A stretch of DNA of 64,000 nt from an uncultured Candidatus Saccharibacteria bacterium (GTDB lineage Bacteria > Patescibacteriota > Saccharimonadia > CAILAD01 > BJGX01): the NCBI GenBank assembly GCA_964610335.1, contig CAZSVP010000002.1, forward strand, positions 78,376-142,375. The letters run 5' to 3'. Below, piece after piece: positions 48,753-59,333 of the stretch (the first letter of the stretch is position 1; each line of letters starts with the position of its first letter). The position numbers and the translations under genes are program-made. The notes under the pieces were generated by a model that saw only the letters and a list, made by a program, of their open reading frames with translations, had not been told where the DNA came from and did no database searches.

Positions 48753-51223
48753 TAGACCCCTGTAGCTACCTTGAACTCTACCTTGTCTGATTTGGCTGAC
48801 ACCGTTACGATATCACCGGACTTAATGAAGCCTTCGAGCATCTCATGTGCCAACTTGTCTTCGACAAAACTCTGGATGGCTCGACGCATTGGACGAGCAC
48901 CATTCTGGGGATCATAGCCTTCTTTCAAAAGCAGTTTTTTGAGAGTTTCACTAAAACGTAGATTTATCTCTTTGGCTGCCAAACGTCGTGCCAAATCACG
49001 CAACTGAAGATTTACAATGCTACGCAAGTCGTTTTGAGTAAGTGGCTTAAACACTACCACGTGGTCGATACGGTTAAGAAACTCTGGGCGAAACATCTTC
49101 TTAAGCTCATCTTTGAGTTTGCGTTCCATCGTCTTATGTATCTTGTTAAACTTGGATTCTTCGGCTGGTGTGTCGGTGCTAAATCCTATCTGTGCTTCTT
49201 CAAACAATGCTTTGGCGCCAACATTGCTGGTCATAATGATGATAGTATTACGGAAGTCTACCTTGCGACCTTTGGCATCGGTCAGTACACCGTCTTCAAG
49301 AATTTGCAGTAACATATTGAACACATCCGGATGAGCCTTCTCGATTTCGTCAAAAAGTATTAGGCTATATGGCTTACGTCGAACTTTTTCGGTTAGCTGA
49401 CCGCCGTCATCGTACCCAACATAACCTGCGGGTGCGCCAACCAAGCGAGCTACGTTATGTTTCTCCATAAACTCACTCATGTCGACTTTGATCATGGCGT
49501 CTTTGTCGTTGAACAACTCTTCAGCTAGCACACGCGCCAATTCAGTTTTACCAACCCCGGTTGGGCCGAGAAATATAAAAGAACCGATCGGACGAGATTC
49601 GTCAGCAATACCAGTTCTACTGCGCTGGATAGCCTTGGCTACAGCATCAACCGCCTCATCTTGACCAATCACATGTTGTTTGAGGGTCTTGTCGAGATTA
49701 CGCAGTGCTTCAGTCTCGAAATTAACTAGCTTGGTAATTGGTATGCCGGTAGTTAGAGAAATTACAGCTGCTACGTCTTCGGCAGTGACCTTAGGACGTT
49801 TTTCGGTATCATCAGCCTCTTTGTTGATCTTAGTCTCTAGCACACTAGCCTCCGACTTAAGCCGAGCTGCGTATTCGAAGTCTTGATTGTAAACAGCCTC
49901 GTCTATCTGACTCATAAGATCACTAAGCTTGGTCTTGACCTTCTTGCTAGCACGGGTAACACCACTATTCTTAATACGAGTTTGGGCAGCTGCCTCGTCG
50001 ATTAGATCAATTGCCTTGTCAGGCAAGAACCGATCTGCAATATAGCGCTTAGCGAGTTTGGCAGCTTGCTCAATAGCTTCTTCAGTAATTATGACATGGT
50101 GAAAATCTTCGTAGCGCTTATTGAGTCCATTGAGAACTTCAATAGTTTCTTCAACTGTTGCCTCTGGCACAATTACCGGTTGGAATCGACGCTCTAGCGC
50201 GCTATCTTTCTCGATATGTTTGCGATATTCATCGATAGTGGTAGCGCCAATAGTCTGCACTTCACCTCGAGCCAAAGCTGGTTTTAAGATATTGGCAGCA
50301 TCTATAGCACCCTCGGCTGAGCCTGCACCTACCACAGTATGCAGCTCATCTATAAACAATATCACCTCAGGCGTAGCGACAGCTTCGTCAATCACTTTCT
50401 TGAGACGTTCTTCAAATTCACCGCGAAACTTAGTACCGGCAATCAATGTAGCCATATCTAGCATAACAATACGTTTGCCATTAAGCATCTCTGGGACTTG
50501 CTCGTCTACAATACGCTTGGCCAGACCTTCTACGATGGCGGTCTTACCAACCCCTGGCTCGCCGATCAGTACTGGGTTATTCTTGGTGCGGCGATTAAGT
50601 ATAGAGATCATACGTTCTAGTTGAGCCTCCCGGCCAATCATTGGGTCCAACTTGTCATCGCGTGCTTTTTGCGTGAGATCGATACCGAAGTGGTCTAGAC
50701 CTGGGGTTTTGGAGTTAGCTTTTTTATTACCCTGGCCTTGTTGCGACTGCGATAAGTACTGCTGCGACTGTAGATGTTGCTCAATATCAGCTCGAATAGT
50801 ATTGGGGTCGATATCGGCAGTACGCAATAAGCTGTTGGCTCGCGAATTCTTTTGGCTCAGTATGGCGTAAAGTAAATGTTCAGTACCCGCATACGGTTGA
50901 CCAAACTGCTGAGCAACTCGCAGTGCTAGTGCCAAAGTTCGTTTGGCAGCATCACTTAGATCAATAAACTGCGGTGCCATGTTGGGATCAGCAGCAGTCG
51001 ATGACTGCATGTTGCTCAAGTCAATCTTATCTAGACTTACACCAGCATCAGCAAGCAGGCGGGCACCGAGCGAAGTGTTACTCTTGAGAATACCAACTAT
51101 CAGGTGCTCAGTACCAACGTATGAGCTACCAGTACCCAACGCAAACTGTCCAGCATATTCCAAACTCTTCTTGGCATTCTGCGTAAAACGATCAAATTGT
51201 GCGGGAAACTGTTCTTCTTGCAT
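48752..51223 (-). CDS. clpC: ATP-dependent Clp protease ATP-binding subunit ClpC
   Basis: Two Clp-N repeats, GEPGVGKT and GPTGVGKT Walker A, UVR-like linker, IGF loop. Confidence 0.95.
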   Translation of the reverse strand: MQEEQFPAQFDRFTQNAKKSLEYAGQFALGTGSSYVGTEHLIVGILKSNTSLGARLLADAGVSLDKIDLSNMQSSTAADPNMAPQFIDLSDAAKRTLALALRVAQQFGQPYAGTEHLLYAILSQKNSRANSLLRTADIDPNTIRADIEQHLQSQQYLSQSQQGQGNKKANSKTPGLDHFGIDLTQKARDDKLDPMIGREAQLERMISILNRRTKNNPVLIGEPGVGKTAIVEGLAKRIVDEQVPEMLNGKRIVMLDMATLIAGTKFRGEFEERLKKVIDEAVATPEVILFIDELHTVVGAGSAEGAIDAANILKPALARGEVQTIGATTIDEYRKHIEKDSALERRFQPVIVPEATVEETIEVLNGLNKRYEDFHHVIITEEAIEQAAKLAKRYIADRFLPDKAIDLIDEAAAQTRIKNSGVTRASKKVKTKLSDLMSQIDEAVYNQDFEYAARLKSEASVLETKINKEADDTEKRPKVTAEDVAAVISLTTGIPITKLVNFETEALRNLDKTLKQHVIGQDEAVDAVAKAIQRSRTGIADESRPIGSFIFLGPTGVGKTELARVLAEELFNDKDAMIKVDMSEFMEKHNVARLVGAPAGYVGYDDGGQLTEKVRRKPYSLILFDEIEKAHPDVFNMLLQILEDGVLTDAKGRKVDFRNTIIIMTSNVGAKALFEEAQIGFSTDTPAEESKFNKIHKTMERKLKDELKKMFRPEFLNRIDHVVVFKPLTQNDLRSIVNLQLRDLARRLAAKEINLRFSETLKKLLLKEGYDPQNGARPMRRAIQSFVEDKLAHEMLEGFIKSGDIVTVSAKSDKVEFKVATGV

Positions 51224-51277
51224 GTGTAAGTCCTCTCCTACTTATTGTGCCACAAAAATGGCATTACCACATCCTTG

Positions 51278-52501
51278 TTAAGCTTTGGTTTGATCTTTTT
51301 TGTCGACCTTTTCTGTTGGTTCTTCATCTTCCTTACTGTCAGGTTTAACTTCGGAAGCTGGCTCATCACCAGGTGCGATACTAGCAATCAATGAGTCTTC
51401 CAAATCACCAGTGCGTTTTTTGACAGGTTTGTCGGCACTAGCCTCAGCTGTGGCTTCAACACCAGCCTCATCGGCACCATCAATATCTACATTCCAGCCA
51501 GTTAGCTTAGCCGCCAAACGTACGTTTTGACCAGCTTTACCAATTGCAAGGCTAAGTTGGTCTTCGGGTACCTTCACCAAAGCCTTCTTATCTTCTTCAT
51601 TTAGTTTTACCGACACTACCTTGGTAGGCGATAGTGCAGAAGCAATATATTCGGCTGGATCGTCACTATAGTTGATGATGTCAATCTTCTCTTCACCCAG
51701 CTCGGCCATCACAGCCTGAACACGGCTACCCCTACCGCCCACAAAAGTACCAACAGGATCTACGCCTTCGGCATTACTCTTGACGGCTATCTTTGTGCGA
51801 CCTCCAGCTTCGCGAGCGATTCCTGATATCTCTACTGTACCGGCAGCTATTTCGGGTACTTCCATTTCGAATAGTTTTCTAATCATCTCAGGATGAGTGC
51901 GACTAACTACTATTTGTGGCCCACGCTGTGTCTGCTCTACTCTTACTACGTAAACCTTAATACGTTGGCCAGGGTAGTAGCGCTCGCCATTGATCTGATC
52001 GTTCGGAAAAATTACGCCTGTGGCTTTGCCAAGATCTACATAAACATTGCCATTCTCCATACGCTGAACTGTGGTGTTTACCAGAGTACCTTCTTTGTCT
52101 GTAAACTCAGAAAAGATCACTTCGCGCTCAGCTTCGCGAATGCGTTGTACTATTACTTGCTTGGCAGTTTGTGCTGCTACTCGGCCAAACTCATTTTCAT
52201 GGACCTCAAATTCCACCATATCACCGAGCTTGGCATCGTCTTTGAGTTTCTTGGCTTCATCTAGACTAATCTGAATATCTGGGTGCTCCACTGTCTCAAC
52301 AGCTTCTTTGCTCACAAATATGCGTGATTCGGCTGTGTTTGGATCAAACACCACGCGGACTTCTTGGTCTTTGTCACCAAAGTCTTTTTTGTAGGCGGCA
52401 GCAAGCGCTGCTTCAATCGCTTCTATAACTACTTCTTTACTTAGACCTTTTTCTTCGCAAATCTGATCGATTGCTGATCCAAACTGGTTGTTCTGGTTCA
52501 T
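51278..52501 (-). CDS. nusA: transcription termination/antitermination factor NusA
   Basis: FGRVAAQTAKQV, S1 and KH domains, LSLAIGKAGQNVRLAAKLTGW; AAGGA SD before ATG 52501. Confidence 0.97.
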   Translation of the reverse strand: MNQNNQFGSAIDQICEEKGLSKEVVIEAIEAALAAAYKKDFGDKDQEVRVVFDPNTAESRIFVSKEAVETVEHPDIQISLDEAKKLKDDAKLGDMVEFEVHENEFGRVAAQTAKQVIVQRIREAEREVIFSEFTDKEGTLVNTTVQRMENGNVYVDLGKATGVIFPNDQINGERYYPGQRIKVYVVRVEQTQRGPQIVVSRTHPEMIRKLFEMEVPEIAAGTVEISGIAREAGGRTKIAVKSNAEGVDPVGTFVGGRGSRVQAVMAELGEEKIDIINYSDDPAEYIASALSPTKVVSVKLNEEDKKALVKVPEDQLSLAIGKAGQNVRLAAKLTGWNVDIDGADEAGVEATAEASADKPVKKRTGDLEDSLIASIAPGDEPASEVKPDSKEDEEPTEKVDKKDQTKA

Positions 52502-52545
52502 GTTTGTTCTTTCCTTTCGATTATTCAATTGTGCTGAAATTGAGA

Positions 52546-52584
52546 ATAAAAAAGTCGGCACACTTTTATGTTAGTAAACCGACT
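52546..52584 (-). terminator. putative attenuator in nusA leader
   Basis: AGTCGGT-N18-GCCGACT followed by TTTTT on the minus strand, between promoter and start. Confidence 0.5.
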
Positions 52585-52612
52585 GATATCCTTCCCGTAT
52601 CAGAATAATTCC

Positions 52613-52650
52613 ATTTTAGGCAATTGGCACTCGACTGTCAAGAGTGCTAA
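52613..52650 (-). promoter_or_regulatory. CIRCE (HrcA operator) overlapping the nusA-clpC promoter
   Basis: TTAGCACTC-TTGACAGTC-GAGTGCCAA (one mismatch to TTAGCACTC-N9-GAGTGCTAA); TTGACA-N17-TAAAAT. Confidence 0.85.
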
Positions 52651-52658
52651 ATAAGTTT

Positions 52659-53030
52659 TTACGATAATTCTGCAATTACTGCGTTTTCGATGTATTCTAA
52701 TCTGGGATTTGCTAACTCTCCCTCTACTGCAATTACATCGATTCGCTTGCCATAGACATCGTAGCGGGGGTTTTCGCTGAGCCAGAGCTGGGCCGCAAAT
52801 TGCAGCTGTTGGGCTTTGTGGAAGCCAACTGCACTGATCGCTCCGCCATGTGAGCTACTGTGACGATACTTCACCTCCACAAATACCAGCTCGGATCGAT
52901 TGTGCGCAATAATATCAATTTCGCAAAAGCGATTCCGAAAATTTCGTTTGATAATTTTATAACTATGAGCCTTAAGATATTCACAGGCTAGCTCTTCAGC
53001 TCGCTGACCATCTAATATGTGTTGTGCCAT
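52659..53030 (-). CDS. yraN: YraN/UPF0102 family nuclease
   Basis: GQRAEELACEYL, EIDIIA, LVFVEVKYR, RIDVIAV. Confidence 0.9.
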   Translation of the reverse strand: MAQHILDGQRAEELACEYLKAHSYKIIKRNFRNRFCEIDIIAHNRSELVFVEVKYRHSSSHGGAISAVGFHKAQQLQFAAQLWLSENPRYDVYGKRIDVIAVEGELANPRLEYIENAVIAELS

Positions 53031-53086
53031 TGCTCAATTGTAAAACAGCCTCTAGTATCAGCGCGAGCATAAGTCTAAACGCAGCA

Positions 53087-53116
53087 GCCCCCGATTCACA
53101 ATGTGGAATCGGGGGC
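53087..53116 (-). terminator. hairpin after the 53666-53139 cassette
   Basis: GCCCCCGATTC-N8-GAATCGGGGGC. Confidence 0.65.
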
Positions 53117-53138
53117 GTAGCCGCAGGACAGCAGGTGA

Positions 53139-53666
53139 TCAACCGACGTGGACAGTCTGGCCGACGATGGGCTTCTCTGGTGGCTGGGCCATGTCGGCGC
53201 GCAGCGAGTTGCGGATGCTTGTGACCTTGGCATCGTCAGGTTGGTCGCCCTTGCCCAGTTGTCGATCGCGAGCATCGCGCTCGCGCGTGTTGGCGGCCCA
53301 CTCGGCCTCGGACTTGAAGCCATCGAGATAAAGCAGCCATCGCTTCCAGACCTCGTAGGCACGCTTGACGCGATCGATGTCTGCTGGACGAGCGATGATG
53401 AGCTTGAAGCTGATCGTATGTTCCTTGGTATCGACAGTGATTGCCTCGTCGCCGATGGCTCGCAGCATGGCCTTGAGCACCTTACGGAACTCCGGCCTGA
53501 TGTAGTAGCACATCCCCAGGTCGTCGAGCATGCCACGGTCCACTTCGAACTGGTACCCGTGCTGACCGATCTCGCCGTACATGACGTCGTGGTAGCCCAG
53601 AGAATCGTCCTCATGCCAGACGGCTCTGAACAGCGTGTCGGTTGTGTATTCGTATTTCTTGGACAT
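53139..53666 (-). CDS. orphan protein (GC-rich cassette)
   Basis: Promoter TTGTAA-N17-TATACT (53723-53751), GGGAGG SD, GC-rich codons. Confidence 0.7.
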   Translation of the reverse strand: MSKKYEYTTDTLFRAVWHEDDSLGYHDVMYGEIGQHGYQFEVDRGMLDDLGMCYYIRPEFRKVLKAMLRAIGDEAITVDTKEHTISFKLIIARPADIDRVKRAYEVWKRWLLYLDGFKSEAEWAANTRERDARDRQLGKGDQPDDAKVTSIRNSLRADMAQPPEKPIVGQTVHVG

Positions 53667-53737
53667 GGTTGCCTCCCTGCGGCAAGATCAAATGCAAGAG
53701 ACCATCTCCAACATTCGGCGGTAGTATACAATAAAAG

Positions 53738-54349
53738 CTAAGTATTTACAATATTTTTGCAGAAGCTCTGGCGGTGCAGATCGGTGAGACCATGTTCGGC
53801 AATGGCATTACGATGAGATTTGGTAGCGTAGCCTACATTGGTATCCCAACAGTACTCGGGATATCGTTTGCAAAACTCATACATGTAGTTGTCACGAGCG
53901 ACTTTGGCGATGATACTAGCCGCCGCCACACAAGCCACTTTCTGATCAGCCTTCACAAGTGTCTCAGCAATTTCAAAATCAGCCAAATAGTTATAGTTGC
54001 CATCGATTATGATTGAGCTAACATCAGCGTCGAGCTCTTCGAGCGCGCGCTCGTAAGCAAGCGTTACCGCCCAAGTCATGCCCATCTCGTCTATCTCAGT
54101 ATTACTCACCCAGCCTATCCCACAGCCAACTGCCTTAGCTCGAATTTTGGGTGCCAACAATTCGCGAGCTTCCCGATTGAGCATCTTGGAATCATGCAGA
54201 CGAAGCCGGCAGTTCTTGGGTAATACTACAGCCGCAGCCACTAGCGGTCCGGCCAAACAACCACGACCAACTTCGTCGATGCCACATATCAAAACTTTGC
54301 CATCACGGCGCAATTTGTTCTCCATAGTATAACTCGCACTCACCCTCAT
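53738..54349 (-). CDS. rnhB: ribonuclease HII
   Basis: GIDEVGRGCLAGP, DSK, IIDG, AAASIIAKVARD. Confidence 0.96.
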   Translation of the reverse strand: MRVSASYTMENKLRRDGKVLICGIDEVGRGCLAGPLVAAAVVLPKNCRLRLHDSKMLNREARELLAPKIRAKAVGCGIGWVSNTEIDEMGMTWAVTLAYERALEELDADVSSIIIDGNYNYLADFEIAETLVKADQKVACVAAASIIAKVARDNYMYEFCKRYPEYCWDTNVGYATKSHRNAIAEHGLTDLHRQSFCKNIVNT

Positions 54350-54390
54350 ACAACTTAGTATTAATTAAAACGTAATAAGTGGCAAGTACT

Positions 54391-54510
54391 AAAACAAAAG
54401 TAGCCTTGTAAGATACAAGGCGTGATTGAGGATCGGAGTAAGGCGTAGATTACTACGTTGAACGAGAACCGGAGATCACAACGCAGTAGTTTGCAGGCTA
54501 CTTTTGTTTT
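54391..54510. repeat. palindromic intergenic element, copy 2 (overlaps rplS stop)
   Basis: Arms AAAACAAAAGTAGCCT/AGGCTACTTTTGTTTT; internal CAAGGCGTGAT...GGCGTAGATTACTACGTTGA...CGGAGATCACAACGCAGTAG. Confidence 0.7.
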
Positions 54511-55169
54511 TTTGCGGCTTTGTCGAGACCTTCTTGCACTTCGTCAGCAGGCGCCTGAGCCTCGTCGTCTTCTAACGCTTGTTTTTCTTCTTTGGGAGCA
54601 CTGGCAGGCACATCGTCTTGAGATGCCGAAGCATCTTCCTTGGCAGCAGCTTTGTCTTCCTTCTTCACTTCAGTATCAATCTCTTCGGTATCAGCTTGGT
54701 TGAGCGCGTCGTCTTTAGCAGCCTTGTCGGATTCTTTCGCTTCGGCTTCAACAATCTTAGCTTGTTCTTCGGCTGCAATATCTTGTGCTGTTCGGCCATC
54801 GGCTTGGTTGGCAGCGGTCTTGTCAAAATCAGCCTCTGCCATACGGGCAGATTTACCTTGGCGGGCACGCATGTAGGTTAAGAAAGCACGACGTACCTTG
54901 CTGCGCTTCATTACTTCGATCTTTTCGACATTGGGGCTATGTACAAACCAACTCTTTTCTACGCCTACTCCACTAGTAATCTTACGTACAGTTATATAAG
55001 CGGCCAGGCTATTGACCTTGCGATAACGAATCACCAAACCTTCAAATACCTGGATACGGCTCTTGTTACCTTCACGGATTTTTTGGTGCACACGTACAGT
55101 ATCACCAACTCGCACATCAGCGATTTTGGCCTTCTTCATCGAGTTTTCGAGCACATCGATCTTGTTCAT
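54498..55169 (-). CDS. rplS: 50S ribosomal protein bL19 with long acidic C-terminal extension
   Basis: GDTVRVH..IREG.KSRIQVFEG, VRKITSGVGVE; promoter TTGACC-N17-TACAAT at 55179-55207. Confidence 0.95.
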   Translation of the reverse strand: MNKIDVLENSMKKAKIADVRVGDTVRVHQKIREGNKSRIQVFEGLVIRYRKVNSLAAYITVRKITSGVGVEKSWFVHSPNVEKIEVMKRSKVRRAFLTYMRARQGKSARMAEADFDKTAANQADGRTAQDIAAEEQAKIVEAEAKESDKAAKDDALNQADTEEIDTEVKKEDKAAAKEDASASQDDVPASAPKEEKQALEDDEAQAPADEVQEGLDKAAKKQK

Positions 55170-55240
55170 AATCGCTCCATTGTAACAGATGTGGCGCTTC
55201 AGGTCAAGACCACAAATAAGCTACTACTAACCTGATATAC

Positions 55241-55269
55241 TTGACAAATATGCATTTTATTGGTATAAT
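55241..55269 (+). promoter_or_regulatory. perfect consensus sigma70 promoter of cassette
   Basis: TTGACA-N17-TATAAT with TG extension. Confidence 0.85.
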
Positions 55270-55327
55270 GTGTTACGTCCAGATCGGTTTATCTGGAGAA
55301 ATTCGGACCTCAACAGAAGGAATGACC

Positions 55328-55639
55328 ATGTTCGATAGCATTCCACAGTATTTCCGGTACGCACTCGGTGCTGCCGGAATCATCACTGCACTCTTCCTAC
55401 TCGGATGGGTGCTTTCTGCGGCTGCGAACCACCACTGGCATGCAGTCGTCCACTCAGACCAACGCACCGCACGCCGACTTCTGGTGGCCAAATGGGTACT
55501 AGTCCCATGCTACTTCGGTGGCGTGATGGTGGCCATCGGTCTTGTGCCGTCGGCCGCACCATTGATCATGGCGGTCGCGCTGGTGATCGGGTTGACCTGG
55601 GTGATCGTGACGATTCGAATCGAGAATCGACTCGCATAA
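55328..55639 (+). CDS. orphan membrane protein, three TM helices (GC-rich cassette)
   Basis: AGAAGGA SD; hydrophobic segments; hairpin at 55662-55694. Confidence 0.65.
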   Translation: MFDSIPQYFRYALGAAGIITALFLLGWVLSAAANHHWHAVVHSDQRTARRLLVAKWVLVPCYFGGVMVAIGLVPSAAPLIMAVALVIGLTWVIVTIRIENRLA

Positions 55640-55661
55640 CCATTCCAATCGTGAGGTTTAA

Positions 55662-55700
55662 ACCCTCCGGGAACACCATCCCCGGAGGGTGTTCTTGTTT
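55662..55700. terminator. terminator hairpin between cassette and dnaE
   Basis: ACCCTCCGGG-N9-CCCGGAGGGT + GTTCTTGTTT. Confidence 0.7.
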
Positions 55701-58700
55701 TTATACAAATTTAGTAGCCGGCTGACGTTGCAACTTGTAGTTGTCCTTACCAACTAGATCGGCCAAAGTTTGCTGTAGCTCTTGAGTCAGTTCTACACCA
55801 CTCGGCAGCTTCATAGCCTGCCCAGAGCTAGTAAAGAACAACACTACAGGAGTACTGCCCTTGGCACCATCAAGAACGTTCTTGACCTTCATGAGTTGCT
55901 CAGCATCTGTACTATTGGCTAGTCTTAGAAATACAGCAGAGACTGCATGGTCGGAAGGTACTGGAGTATCTGGATTACTTTCAGGCTTTTCTTTTGGTGG
56001 TGGTGAGTGTTTAGCTACGTCAAAGTCGATTTTCTTTACAGCATCTGCCATGATCTTAAGCTCATCAGTAGCATTACCCTCGCGATCTCGAGCATTGATC
56101 TTGCCCTTGATTTCCAAAACAGCATCTTCGACTACCAAGTCTCCGTATTTCTCAAAAGTACGCGGAAACACAATAAGCTCAATCTCACCATCAAGTGTTT
56201 CTAATTGCACAAAAGCCATAGGGTCACCATTCTTGGTATGGATCTTGCGCATGCCGATCACTATCCCACCCACTGTGACAGCCTTATTGTCATCATTGCG
56301 ACCATATTTCTTAATAGTCTCGGTTTTACCAAGTAAGTAATTACGGAAGTCGTCGAGCGGATGTTTGCTTATGTATAACCCCAGCAGTTCCTTCTCCCAC
56401 AACAGCTTTGTACGAGAGTCGCTAACTTCGCTAGGTGGATCGAGTTGCAAAGGCGGAATCTCTGCCTCCATACCCATCGATCCAAAGATATCAATTTGCC
56501 CAGACAGGGCGCTCTTTTGTGCTCGGCCGGCATAGATAGTAATGCGATCCATATTTGCCAGCAACATATCGCGCTCACCAAAGCCATCAAAGGCGCCGCA
56601 CTTAAACAGTGATTCCATAACTTTCTTATTTATCACCGTCGCATCGACACGTCGACAGAAGTCTTCAATTGACTTAAATGCGCCACCATCATCACGGGCC
56701 TCCAGAATTTTCTCAACTGGCCCCATGCCCACATTCTTTATAGCACCAAGCCCAAATCTGATCTTGTTGCTTTTGGGGACTACTGCAAACTCAGCAAAGC
56801 TTTCGTTGATGTCTGGTGGTAATACTTCCAAATCCATCTTCTTGCACTCAGCTACCTCTATAGCAATTCTATCTAAGTTCTCATGGTCGGAAGTGAGCAA
56901 AGCAGCCATAAAAGCTGCCGGATAGTGCGCCTTGAGCCAGGCCGTCTGTACAGCAATCAAGGCATAGCAAGCAGCATGGCTTTTGTTGAAACTATAGGCC
57001 GCAAAGTCCTCGAGGCTCTTCCATAGATCTTCTATGAAATTCTTATCTACTTGGCTAGTCTTAATACCGCCTTCTATAAACTCTTTCTTCATCTTGGCCA
57101 ATACTTCAGGTATCTTCTTACCAATACCCTTACGCAACGTATCGGCTTGGCCACCTGTAAATCCACAGAGATCCTTGGCAATTTGCATTACTTGCTCCTG
57201 GTATACTATTACACCATAAGTGTTTTGCAATGCATCTTGCATCTTGGGGTGCCCATACTGGACAAGTTCGGGGTTGTGCTTGCGATTGATAAAATCGTCG
57301 ATCCACTGCATTGGACCTGGTCTATAAAGCGCACCCATAGCTATGATGTCGTCAAATCGATCAGGCTTGAGCTCGCGCAGATAGCGTTTCATGCCAGCCG
57401 ACTCGAACTGAAATACTCCAGTAGTATCACCACGCGCAAACAGCTCATAGGTAGCTGCGTCATCGATAGGAATTTGAGTAGGGTCTATCTCTTCACCATA
57501 TACCTTGCGCACAATGCGTAATGCATTTTTGATAATAGTAAGGTTGCTCAAGCCCAAGAAATCAAATTTGAGCAGCCCTAGATCTTCAACAGTAGTCCCA
57601 ATAAATTGAGTAGACACACCGCCCTTGGAAGCTCTGGTAAGAGGCAAGAACTTCACCAAACTATCGGGTGCAATTACCACTCCTGCGGCATGCGTGCCTG
57701 CATTGCGAATTGTGCCTTCAAGTTGCATAGCCACATCTATGATTTGCTTGGCTTGCGGGTTGCGCTGGTACTCAGCTTGTAACTCAGGGTCATCCACTAT
57801 GAGCTTGGCGAGTTGAATATGCCGACCTTGCACGGGGGCAGGGATCTTTTTGGCTATGGCATCAACCTCGCCATAGGGTATGCCAAGTACGCGCCCGGTG
57901 TCACGCACTGCATTGCGTGCTGCCATAATGCCAAATGTTATAATCTGAGCTACTTGTTCGTGACCATACTTTTCAGTAGCGTAGGCAATTACTTCTTCTC
58001 GACGATCGTCGGCGTAGTCCATATCGATATCCGGCATGCTTATACGATCCGGGTTGAGAAACCGTTCAAATAGTAGATCATACTTCAGTGGGTCGAGCTC
58101 AGTGATGCCAGTAGCATAAGAGATGATGCTGCCAGCAGCACTACCGCGGCCTGGGCCACAAATAATACCTTGATTCTTAGACCAATTGATAAGATCCGCT
58201 ACAATCAGCATATAGCCTTCGTAGCCCATATCACCTATTACACGCAGCTCAAACTCAATCCTGTCTAACACCTCCGGACTTAGCTTTGGTTTTACTTTGG
58301 CTTCAGTTAAATCACTAACCTCCTGTTTACTAAAGCCACCGTAGCGATAGCCCGCACCTTCGAATACCAATTTGCGTAAATAGCTTTTTTCGGTCTCGCC
58401 CTTTGGTACTTCAAAGCGAGGAATTAGAATCTTGCCCAGCTCAATCTCAAGCTGACACATACTGGCAATCCTTACTGTGTTGGATATAGCTTCGGGATGG
58501 TCAGGAAATTTCTCCAACATTGCAGCACCACTATTGACCGACAAGTCCATCTCCAACTTCATGCGATTGGGCTGTTCGACAGTTGAACCCGTTTGGACAC
58601 AAAGCAAGATATCGTGGGCGTAGTGATGATCACTGTCAGTGTAGTGTGCATCACCGGTTACTACCAACGGTATGCCAGTTACCTTAGATATTTTTTGGAC

Positions 58701-59333
58701 ACCCTCATTGACCTTGCGCTGAAACTCTTGTTCAATATGCGGTTGCATCTCCAAGTAGTAGTGGTCTTTACCAAAAATATTCTGATACCACTTAGCCGTC
58801 TCAAGTGCACGCTCAAACTCATCGTTGAGTATGTATGTCCCTACCTCACCCCCAGCACAACCCGACAGCACTACTAACCCTTCACGGTATTTTTCTAGAA
58901 GCTCATGATCTACCCGAGGCTTGTAGTAAAAACCTTCGAGATTTGCGATAGTACTAAGTCTCATAAGGTTTTGATAGCCTAGCTGATTTTGTGCTAGCAA
59001 CGTCAAATGATATGGATTGCGGTCTTCGGCGCTACTCTTGTCAGTATGTTTTCGTGGCGCCACATAGGTCTCGAGTCCTATGATCGGCTTGATACCCCGC
59101 TCGACGCAGGCTTTATAAAATTCAATAGCACCACTTAGGCTTCCATGATCAGTTATGGCTACGGCAGTTTGACCCAACAACTCAACCTTACTGACTAGCT
59201 GGGGTACTTTTTGTAATCCATCGAGTAAACTGTAGTGAGTATGATTATGGAGATGCACAAAGTCTACAAAGCCTTTTGCCTTGCGGGCTTTCTCAATTAC
59301 TTCATTCTTTTCTACCTCACTCACGTCAGCCAT
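55701..59333 (-). CDS. dnaE: DNA polymerase III alpha subunit
   Basis: PHP FVHLHNHTHYSLLDG, GRGSAAGS, PDIDMD, FNKSHA, OB fold. Confidence 0.98.
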   Translation of the reverse strand: MADVSEVEKNEVIEKARKAKGFVDFVHLHNHTHYSLLDGLQKVPQLVSKVELLGQTAVAITDHGSLSGAIEFYKACVERGIKPIIGLETYVAPRKHTDKSSAEDRNPYHLTLLAQNQLGYQNLMRLSTIANLEGFYYKPRVDHELLEKYREGLVVLSGCAGGEVGTYILNDEFERALETAKWYQNIFGKDHYYLEMQPHIEQEFQRKVNEGVQKISKVTGIPLVVTGDAHYTDSDHHYAHDILLCVQTGSTVEQPNRMKLEMDLSVNSGAAMLEKFPDHPEAISNTVRIASMCQLEIELGKILIPRFEVPKGETEKSYLRKLVFEGAGYRYGGFSKQEVSDLTEAKVKPKLSPEVLDRIEFELRVIGDMGYEGYMLIVADLINWSKNQGIICGPGRGSAAGSIISYATGITELDPLKYDLLFERFLNPDRISMPDIDMDYADDRREEVIAYATEKYGHEQVAQIITFGIMAARNAVRDTGRVLGIPYGEVDAIAKKIPAPVQGRHIQLAKLIVDDPELQAEYQRNPQAKQIIDVAMQLEGTIRNAGTHAAGVVIAPDSLVKFLPLTRASKGGVSTQFIGTTVEDLGLLKFDFLGLSNLTIIKNALRIVRKVYGEEIDPTQIPIDDAATYELFARGDTTGVFQFESAGMKRYLRELKPDRFDDIIAMGALYRPGPMQWIDDFINRKHNPELVQYGHPKMQDALQNTYGVIVYQEQVMQIAKDLCGFTGGQADTLRKGIGKKIPEVLAKMKKEFIEGGIKTSQVDKNFIEDLWKSLEDFAAYSFNKSHAACYALIAVQTAWLKAHYPAAFMAALLTSDHENLDRIAIEVAECKKMDLEVLPPDINESFAEFAVVPKSNKIRFGLGAIKNVGMGPVEKILEARDDGGAFKSIEDFCRRVDATVINKKVMESLFKCGAFDGFGERDMLLANMDRITIYAGRAQKSALSGQIDIFGSMGMEAEIPPLQLDPPSEVSDSRTKLLWEKELLGLYISKHPLDDFRNYLLGKTETIKKYGRNDDNKAVTVGGIVIGMRKIHTKNGDPMAFVQLETLDGEIELIVFPRTFEKYGDLVVEDAVLEIKGKINARDREGNATDELKIMADAVKKIDFDVAKHSPPPKEKPESNPDTPVPSDHAVSAVFLRLANSTDAEQLMKVKNVLDGAKGSTPVVLFFTSSGQAMKLPSGVELTQELQQTLADLVGKDNYKLQRQPATKFV

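Noticed and set aside
55633-55663. Integron attC site after a cassette (GCATAAC...GTTTAAAC)
   Set aside because: Too short, lacks L boxes, not repeated after other cassettes, and no intI in the window
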